In this document: positions 26,701 through 32,000 of the stretch, in pieces
Layout: every line of letters begins with the position of its first letter
Position numbering within the stretch: the stretch's first letter is position 1
DNA from: Nostoc sp. TCL26-01
GTDB lineage: Bacteria > Cyanobacteriota > Cyanobacteriia > Cyanobacteriales > Nostocaceae
DNA length: 32,000 nt
Assembly: GCF_013393945.1 (NCBI RefSeq)
Contig: NZ_CP040297.1
Location: forward strand, 1,348,804-1,380,803
Direction of reading: 5' to 3'
The notes under the pieces: generated by a model
Database searches by the model: none
Seen by the model: only the letters and a program-made list of their open reading frames with translations
What the model was told of the DNA's origin: nothing
Program-made: the position numbers and the translations under genes

Positions 26701-27774
26701 CTATCTTTCTACTACTTCCCGCACTAAAGTTGCTAACTTATCAGCGCTATCGGGAACTGCGATCGCTTTGGTATTTTCCCTCATTTTGGCTAATTCGTGG
26801 GGGGAATTTAACAAATGCAAAACTTGGGTTTGCAATGACTCGGCTGTTAGTTCTGATTGCTTAAAGGTTAAGGCTGCATTGGCTTTGGTGAATACATCGG
26901 CGTTGTAGGATTGATGATCTTCCGCCGCAAAGGGGTAAGGAATCAAAATTGCTGGTGTGCCACAGACGGCTAGTTCTGTTAAACTGCCAGCACCAGAACG
27001 GCTAATGGCTAAACTAGCTCGTTTTAACAACGCTGCCATGTTGTCGTAGAAGGGTAATTCTATATACTGGGGATGCTTGAGGCTATCGACATCGGCATCA
27101 CTAGTGCCTGTCAGATGGACTACATAAGCGCCAGCCGCAAACCAAGCTGGTGCAGCCTGACGGACTAATTTATTTACAGCCACCGCGCCTTGGCTACCAC
27201 CAAAGACGACAATTAACGGTACACTGTCAGGGATGGGTAAATCTAGTTGCAGATGATCACCCGCATTTAAGAATTGCGATCGCACAGGTGTACCCACATA
27301 GACATTTGTCGCCTTGGGTAAATACTTCACCGCTACATCAAATCCCAAAGCCACCACCGTACACCAGGGGCCGAAAAAGCGGGTGACTTTACCTGGTAAA
27401 GCATTAGATTCGTGAAAAACTACAGGTAAACCCAAAGAACGGGCTGCAATTACTGCTGGGCCAGCAATATATCCGCCAGTCGTGAAAACTCCTTGAAAAT
27501 TACCTTGCTTCAAGAGTCGCCGGACTTGGAGAACAGAAGTTATAAGTTTAGTTAATGTTACTAAAGATGAAATACCGAACCCTTGCTGAAACCCTTCGAC
27601 TGCAATAGTATTCAAGGTGTATTGTTTCGGGACGAGCTGAGTTTCTAAGCGATTAGGGACACCCAGCCATGCAATCTCATAATCTGGTAGTTTATCAGCC
27701 AATGCGATCGCCGGAAACAAGTGTCCACCAGTCCCACTGGCAGCTATAAGTAATTTTATTGGTGCGTTTGCCAT
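26701..27774 (-). CDS. murG: undecaprenyldiphospho-muramoylpentapeptide beta-N-acetylglucosaminyltransferase
   Basis: N-terminal AASGTGGHLFPAIALA motif, a GT28 two-domain length (357 aa), and C-terminal SRSGAGSLTELA. Confidence 0.9.
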   Translation of the reverse strand: MANAPIKLLIAASGTGGHLFPAIALADKLPDYEIAWLGVPNRLETQLVPKQYTLNTIAVEGFQQGFGISSLVTLTKLITSVLQVRRLLKQGNFQGVFTTGGYIAGPAVIAARSLGLPVVFHESNALPGKVTRFFGPWCTVVALGFDVAVKYLPKATNVYVGTPVRSQFLNAGDHLQLDLPIPDSVPLIVVFGGSQGAVAVNKLVRQAAPAWFAAGAYVVHLTGTSDADVDSLKHPQYIELPFYDNMAALLKRASLAISRSGAGSLTELAVCGTPAILIPYPFAAEDHQSYNADVFTKANAALTFKQSELTAESLQTQVLHLLNSPHELAKMRENTKAIAVPDSADKLATLVREVVER

Positions 27775-27858
27775 TCAAACTCTACCGTTTAGCGCCTAGC
27801 TTAACTAAGATAAAACAATTTCCTTACCTTCTCTACTCCCATCAGTAAATTCTTCGCC

Positions 27859-28686
27859 ATGACTAACATGATTTTTTTATTACTGAAACGCCAAAGCAGA
27901 TTTTCCCATGCTATTTTGCTGACTTTGTGTGTACTATCATGCAGTTTAGTTAACGGTTGGCAACGCACACAAGCGGCGGAAGTAGCTCAAAATAACACTT
28001 CCCCAAATGCCCCAACTGAATTAAAAAACCTGTTGACGCAAATTGACGCTGCTGCCAGCAAGAACGATGTTAAGGGAGTATTGCAGTTTTATAGCCCCAC
28101 TTTTACAAATGGGGATGGGCTGAACTACCAAAATATGGAAAAAGCCCTACTCACATTTTGGCAACGCTACCCTAAATTGCAATACACCACACAACTACAG
28201 TCTTGGAAATCTGAAGGTAATACCATTATTGCGGAAACTGTCACCAATATCACGGGTTTACCTTCAGCAAACACCAATAATCTGGGACTCAACACCACAA
28301 TTAAGTCTCGTCAGCGCATTATCAGTGGCAGAATTGCTCGTCAAGAGATTTTATCGGAACGTACCTTAATTACTTCCGGTAACAAACCGCCCCAACTGGA
28401 TGTAAGATTACCAGAACAGGTGAAAATTGGACAGCAATATACTTTTGATGCGATCGTTCAAGAACCGTTAGGTGATGATTTACTCTTGGGTACAGCACTA
28501 GAAGAACCGATTCAAGCCAATAAATATCTCAATCCCACATCTGTAGACTTACAATTACTCAATTCCGGTGGTTTGTTTAAAATCGGCCGCGCCCCATCTA
28601 CCCCTGGTAATCACTGGGTTTCGGCTGTGATCCTCCGGGGTGGCGGCATGACGGTAGTGACACAGCGTTTGCAGGTAGTGAAATAG
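27859..28686 (+). CDS. secreted hypothetical protein with an NTF2-like N-terminal domain (tentative)
   Basis: 275 aa with a signal peptide (ILLTLCVLSCSLVNG). The segment ..LLTQIDAAASKNDVKGVLQFYSPTFTNGDGL.. resembles SnoaL/DUF4440-type NTF2 folds. The C-terminal half is beta-rich. Confidence 0.6.
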   Translation: MTNMIFLLLKRQSRFSHAILLTLCVLSCSLVNGWQRTQAAEVAQNNTSPNAPTELKNLLTQIDAAASKNDVKGVLQFYSPTFTNGDGLNYQNMEKALLTFWQRYPKLQYTTQLQSWKSEGNTIIAETVTNITGLPSANTNNLGLNTTIKSRQRIISGRIARQEILSERTLITSGNKPPQLDVRLPEQVKIGQQYTFDAIVQEPLGDDLLLGTALEEPIQANKYLNPTSVDLQLLNSGGLFKIGRAPSTPGNHWVSAVILRGGGMTVVTQRLQVVK

Positions 28687-28689
28687 TCA

Positions 28690-28717
28690 GGGTAATAGGT
28701 AATGGGTAATGGGTAAT
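28690..28717. repeat. STRR heptamer array (GGGTAAT-type)x4
   Basis: Tandem heptamers starting 3 nt after the 28686 stop. Confidence 0.85.
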
Positions 28718-28769
28718 TGATAAGATTATTACGCATTACAAATTCATTGGACATCTGGTGAAAATGAAT

Positions 28770-28843
28770 GTAGAGACGTTGCAGTGCAACGTCTCTACAA
28801 GGATTTTAGGCAACGCAGAATTAATTTCTGGAGATGTCTATTG
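28770..28843. repeat. 29-nt hairpin repeat plus conserved ~45-nt tail
   Basis: GTAGAGACGTTGCAGTGCAACGTCTCTAC (28770-28798) is followed by AAGGATTTTAGGCAACGCAGAATTAATTTCTGGAGATGTCT. The whole unit is nearly identical to 30260-30334. Confidence 0.85.
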
Positions 28844-28875
28844 GACAATTGACAATTGACCATTGACTCTGGACT
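28841..28875. repeat. STRR heptamer array (ATTGACA-type)x5
   Basis: TTGGACA ATTGACA ATTGACC ATTGACT CTGGACT, ending 4 nt before the ATG at 28880. Confidence 0.8.
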
Positions 28876-28879
28876 AACC

Positions 28880-29650
28880 ATGATTTCTTTGGAAAATCAG
28901 ATTGTTTTGATTACTGGTGCAAGTAGTGGTATTGGTGAGGCTTGCGCTAAGGTTTTTGCTGGTGCTGGTGCAAAATTGATTTTGGCAGCGCGGCGGTGGG
29001 AACGTTTGCAAAATCTCGTGGAGACGTTAAATTTAACTTCTTCCCAGGTTCATTTGTTGGAGTTGGATGTGCGCGATCGCTCTGCTGTAGAATCTGCTAT
29101 ATCTAACCTACCTACTGCTTGGTCAAATATCGATATTCTCATTAATAATGCTGGTTTAAGTCGCGGTTTGGATAAACTGCATCAAGGCGACTTTCAAGAT
29201 TGGGAAGAAATGATCGATACCAATATTAACGGTCTGCTTTATCTTACCCGTTATGTGGTTCCGGGGATGGTAAATCGTAGTCGTGGTCATGTCGTCAATA
29301 TTGGTTCCATCGCTGGACATCAAACTTACCCTGGTGGTAATGTCTACTGTGCCACAAAAGCTGCCGTTAAAGTGATTTCTGAAGGTTTAAAACAAGATTT
29401 GTTAGGTACACCAATACGTGTTACTTCTGTTGATCCGGGGATGGTAGAAACAGAGTTTAGCAACGTCAGATTTCATGGTGATGATGAACGCGCCAACAAG
29501 GTTTACCAAGGAGTAACACCCCTAACAGCCGATGATGTGGCTGATGTGATCTTGTTTTGCGCCACGCGATCGCCCCATGTCAATATAAATGAAGTTATCC
29601 TCATGCCAGTTGATCAAGCTGGTGCTACCCTAGTTCATCGACGCAGTTAA
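28880..29650 (+). CDS. classical short-chain dehydrogenase/reductase (YdfG-like, NADP-type)
   Basis: Motifs TGASSGIG, NNAG and catalytic YCATK. The ATG at 28880 is preferred because the ORF-track TTG at 28856 lies inside the heptamer array. Confidence 0.85.
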   Translation: MISLENQIVLITGASSGIGEACAKVFAGAGAKLILAARRWERLQNLVETLNLTSSQVHLLELDVRDRSAVESAISNLPTAWSNIDILINNAGLSRGLDKLHQGDFQDWEEMIDTNINGLLYLTRYVVPGMVNRSRGHVVNIGSIAGHQTYPGGNVYCATKAAVKVISEGLKQDLLGTPIRVTSVDPGMVETEFSNVRFHGDDERANKVYQGVTPLTADDVADVILFCATRSPHVNINEVILMPVDQAGATLVHRRS

Positions 29651-29686
29651 AAAATCTCCCCATTAATCACAACCATCCACCAAAAT

Positions 29687-29715
29687 GTAGAGACGTAGCA
29701 GTGCTACGTCTCTAC
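29687..29715. repeat. 29-nt hairpin repeat variant (GTAGAGACGTAGCA-G-TGCTACGTCTCTAC)
   Basis: Perfect palindrome with a compensatory arm change (T->A paired with A->T). Lies between the convergent SDR and GFA genes. Confidence 0.9.
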
Positions 29716-29737
29716 CATATCTTTACCGATGGATCGA

Positions 29738-30190
29738 TCAATTTTTTTGTTGCCATCTTTCCCATAGGGCATTAACATCCTCTGGTTGCCCATCATAATT
29801 GAGCATTTGCTCAGAAATATTCACCCAAGGTTGAGCAGAACGTGTCCACAGATTGCCGACAGGCCGTAACCAACTTGTATCATCTAAAGTTCCAGCTTTA
29901 ACATTGATAGTATTTTGATTGTAAGTCCGTTCATGAAATAATCGCGTTCCGCAATCCCCACAAAATAGGTTCGTAACTTCACGCCCATTATCAGATTTAC
30001 GAGTCCAAGCCTTTGGTTGCCCTTGAATCATGACGATAGCATCCCTTGGAACAGTCAGCGACATCCCAAAAGCACTAGAGGATTGTTTTTGACACTCTCG
30101 ACAGTGACATAAATACAAAGTTAATGGTTCAGCACGGATCTCATAACGAATTTGTCCGCATTGACAACCCCCAGTATACGGAAAACTCAC
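29738..30190 (-). CDS. GFA (glutathione-dependent formaldehyde-activating / CENP-V-like) family zinc protein
   Basis: Cys clusters GGCQCG, CHCRECQ and CGDCG. The product is 150 aa with a GTG start. Confidence 0.85.
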   Translation of the reverse strand: MSFPYTGGCQCGQIRYEIRAEPLTLYLCHCRECQKQSSSAFGMSLTVPRDAIVMIQGQPKAWTRKSDNGREVTNLFCGDCGTRLFHERTYNQNTINVKAGTLDDTSWLRPVGNLWTRSAQPWVNISEQMLNYDGQPEDVNALWERWQQKN

Positions 30191-30259
30191 AAGTCTTTTT
30201 CCTTAGAATCACCAATTGCTTGATTTTACCAGTTTAATAATATCCACAACATTAAATCA

Positions 30260-30334
30260 GTAGAGACGTTGCAGTGCAACGTCTCTACAAGGATTTCGAG
30301 CAACGCAAAATTAATTCCTACCAGATGTCTGGTT
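30260..30334. repeat. 29-nt hairpin repeat plus conserved tail, overlapping the TpsB stop
   Basis: GTAGAGACGTTGCAGTGCAACGTCTCTAC (30260-30288) is followed by AAGGATTTCGAGCAACGCAAAATTAATTCCTACCAGATGTCTGG. The tail covers the stop and the last ~5 codons of the 30318 CDS. Confidence 0.85.
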
Positions 30335-32000
30335 GATATTGCAATGAGAAATAAAATCCATTATCTTGCAGAGAGTTGCCTTTATCCTTCACGCCAATTA
30401 AAGGAACACCATAATCTAAACGCAGATTTAAACTACGAAAAACTTGCCACTCCACACCTAAACCTGTACTAGCAATTAAACTAGGATCAGGATTATCTCC
30501 ACGATTATTCCAGCCACCGCCAATTTCTACAAATGGCTTGAGTTGCAGGGTTTTGGGGTTGGTGCTGAGAGGAATACGTAGTTCGACTGCACCCAAGACA
30601 CCATTATCTGATACTAGTTGGTTTTGGCGATAGCCCCGCACAGTATCGACACCACCAAGGCTGAATTTTTCCAGGGTGAGGAGGGAGTCGGGCGTTAACT
30701 GGGCAGCGATGCGGGTTAATAGTAAGATTCTCTTGGATACTTGCCGTACCCATTGGAATTGTCCCAACCAGGAAAAGAAACGTCCATCAGTACCCGTGTT
30801 GTTGACTGTAGCATCAAAAGCGTCGATGCCAAAACTAAACTGCGATCGCCCTGCTAAAACTTGTGTGGCACTCCGATGTACCCAATCTTGGTAAAATCTG
30901 ATCAAACTCACTCTAGATTCACCCTTTTCTGCACCTGCCGAAAAAGAAAAAGGAATATTATCGAGTAAAAAGGTTTGACTGCGACGTAAATCAAAACCCA
31001 TCCCCACAGCAAATTCAGTTTGAGGTTTTCTGATTAATGGTTGACGGAAACCAAAAGATAATGTCTCTGAGTCACTACGAATACCTAAATATGCAAAGGA
31101 TTCTGTAATAATTTTGCTGTTATTGTTGCTATAACGCAGGTTTATAGTACCGTTTCTGGCATTTATTGGTAATTTATAACTGATGTTGTAAATATTTAAC
31201 CCTTCCGTCGAACCATATTCCAGACTGAGTTGATCACCAAAACCTGTAAAATTATCATGTACCGCAAAGACGCTACCTTGCACTGAACCGATATTAGGAG
31301 ATTGGTTATTAGCAATTACAATACCTGCATGAAAAGCTGGCGCTTCTTGTAACTCAACTCGTAAGATGTTTAATCCAGGGCTACTCCCAGCAATTAACTC
31401 AGCATTAACTCGTTTGATAATTGGATCAATTTGTAATAGTTGTAAAGCTTCTTCTATACGTTGCTTGTTTAATGGTGCAGTTGTAGCGATTTTGATGCGA
31501 CTGCGGACATAGATTTCTTCTAACCTTTGGAGTCCCTGAATTTCTATCTTTTCTAATCTACCCTCGACAATTTGAATTGTCACATTACCATTTTCAATAT
31601 CATCAGGTCTATCGTTGAGAATAAATGCACCAGATGTAATATAACCGTTGTCAACATAAAATTTAGTAATTTTAGTTCTTAAAGTTATTAAATCTTCAAA
31701 GGATATTTCTTTCTTTTGTTCGTATTCTTGAACAAGCTGGCTGATTTGTTTTTGAAAAATAGTATTGCCTAAAACCTCAATTTTCTTGACTGGAAAAAGT
31801 TCAGTTGTCGAAGAAGTTGGTTGATTTTGGGTTGGGTTTGTAGGTGTAGGGACTGATTGTGTAGGAGGATTTTCGGGAGTTGCTGGAATGGGTTGAGGAG
31901 AGTCTGCGGGTTGAGGAATAGTTTCTTGTACACGTTTTGGAGTATTTGCAGGAATGGTAACTCCGGCTGGTAATGTTGACTGAGCAAAAGCTTGATGATT
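30318..32000 (-). CDS. ShlB/FhaC/HecB-type two-partner-secretion outer-membrane transporter (TpsB), 5' end outside the window
   Basis: The frame stays open from the GTG at 31583 up to position 32000 (139 further codons with no stop). Upstream residues give a P/T/Q-rich linker and then a POTRA domain (FPVKKIEVLGNTIF..ITLRTKITKFYVDNGYITSGA..VTIQIVEGRLEKIEIQG). The barrel carries the L6 motif GGVDTVRGY and a C-terminal aromatic residue. Confidence 0.85.
   Translation of the reverse strand, partial: NHQAFAQSTLPAGVTIPANTPKRVQETIPQPADSPQPIPATPENPPTQSVPTPTNPTQNQPTSSTTELFPVKKIEVLGNTIFQKQISQLVQEYEQKKEISFEDLITLRTKITKFYVDNGYITSGAFILNDRPDDIENGNVTIQIVEGRLEKIEIQGLQRLEEIYVRSRIKIATTAPLNKQRIEEALQLLQIDPIIKRVNAELIAGSSPGLNILRVELQEAPAFHAGIVIANNQSPNIGSVQGSVFAVHDNFTGFGDQLSLEYGSTEGLNIYNISYKLPINARNGTINLRYSNNNSKIITESFAYLGIRSDSETLSFGFRQPLIRKPQTEFAVGMGFDLRRSQTFLLDNIPFSFSAGAEKGESRVSLIRFYQDWVHRSATQVLAGRSQFSFGIDAFDATVNNTGTDGRFFSWLGQFQWVRQVSKRILLLTRIAAQLTPDSLLTLEKFSLGGVDTVRGYRQNQLVSDNGVLGAVELRIPLSTNPKTLQLKPFVEIGGGWNNRGDNPDPSLIASTGLGVEWQVFRSLNLRLDYGVPLIGVKDKGNSLQDNGFYFSLQYQPDIW

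Noticed and set aside
30245-30253. ATATCCACA, a near-consensus E. coli-type DnaA box near 30245
   Set aside because: It is a single isolated site with one mismatch, far from the dnaA-dnaN cluster, and is expected by chance.

Overview
This window reads as the chromosomal dnaA-dnaN (origin) neighbourhood of a filamentous Nostoc/Anabaena-type cyanobacterium. The supporting signs are AT-rich intergenic DNA, many heptameric STRR arrays, the GTAGAGACGTTGCA..TGCAACGTCTCTAC hairpin family, TTTTCCACA DnaA boxes, and phytochrome/cyanobacteriochrome GAF domains. I call 29 protein-coding or pseudogene features, mostly housekeeping. They include purB, aspS, dnaA, dnaN, murG, an HtrA-type protease, a COG0523 metallochaperone GTPase, a BASS transporter, a TauD-family dioxygenase, an SDR, a GFA-family protein, an ArsA/Get3-type ATPase, a 921-aa photosensory histidine kinase, and a 5'-truncated TpsB (ShlB/FhaC) outer-membrane transporter that runs off the right edge. 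I saw no rRNA, tRNA, CRISPR array, prophage or recognisable defence/toxin system. The intergenic space is saturated with small non-autonomous elements: at least four MITE families (two with clear target-site duplications), nested micro-insertions, seven copies of a 29-nt palindrome, and roughly ten STRR arrays that sit directly against CDS boundaries. There are two best candidates for something not yet described. The first is an FTR1 iron-permease cluster at 1.9-6.6 kb whose partners are not the canonical EfeO/EfeB, P19/FtrB/FtrD or multicopper-oxidase set; instead it has a ferritin-like protein, a PsbU-like/helical lipoprotein with an HxxE motif, and three unassigned membrane proteins, preceded by Fur-box-like dyads. 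The second is a 209-bp hairpin-rich MITE present as two 100% identical copies, each with its own T-N-A duplication. The candidate oriC, with six perfect DnaA boxes between dnaA and dnaN, and a tandem phytochrome(GAF-PHY)+cyanobacteriochrome kinase are also worth a look. All family assignments come from motif recognition by eye, not from database searches.
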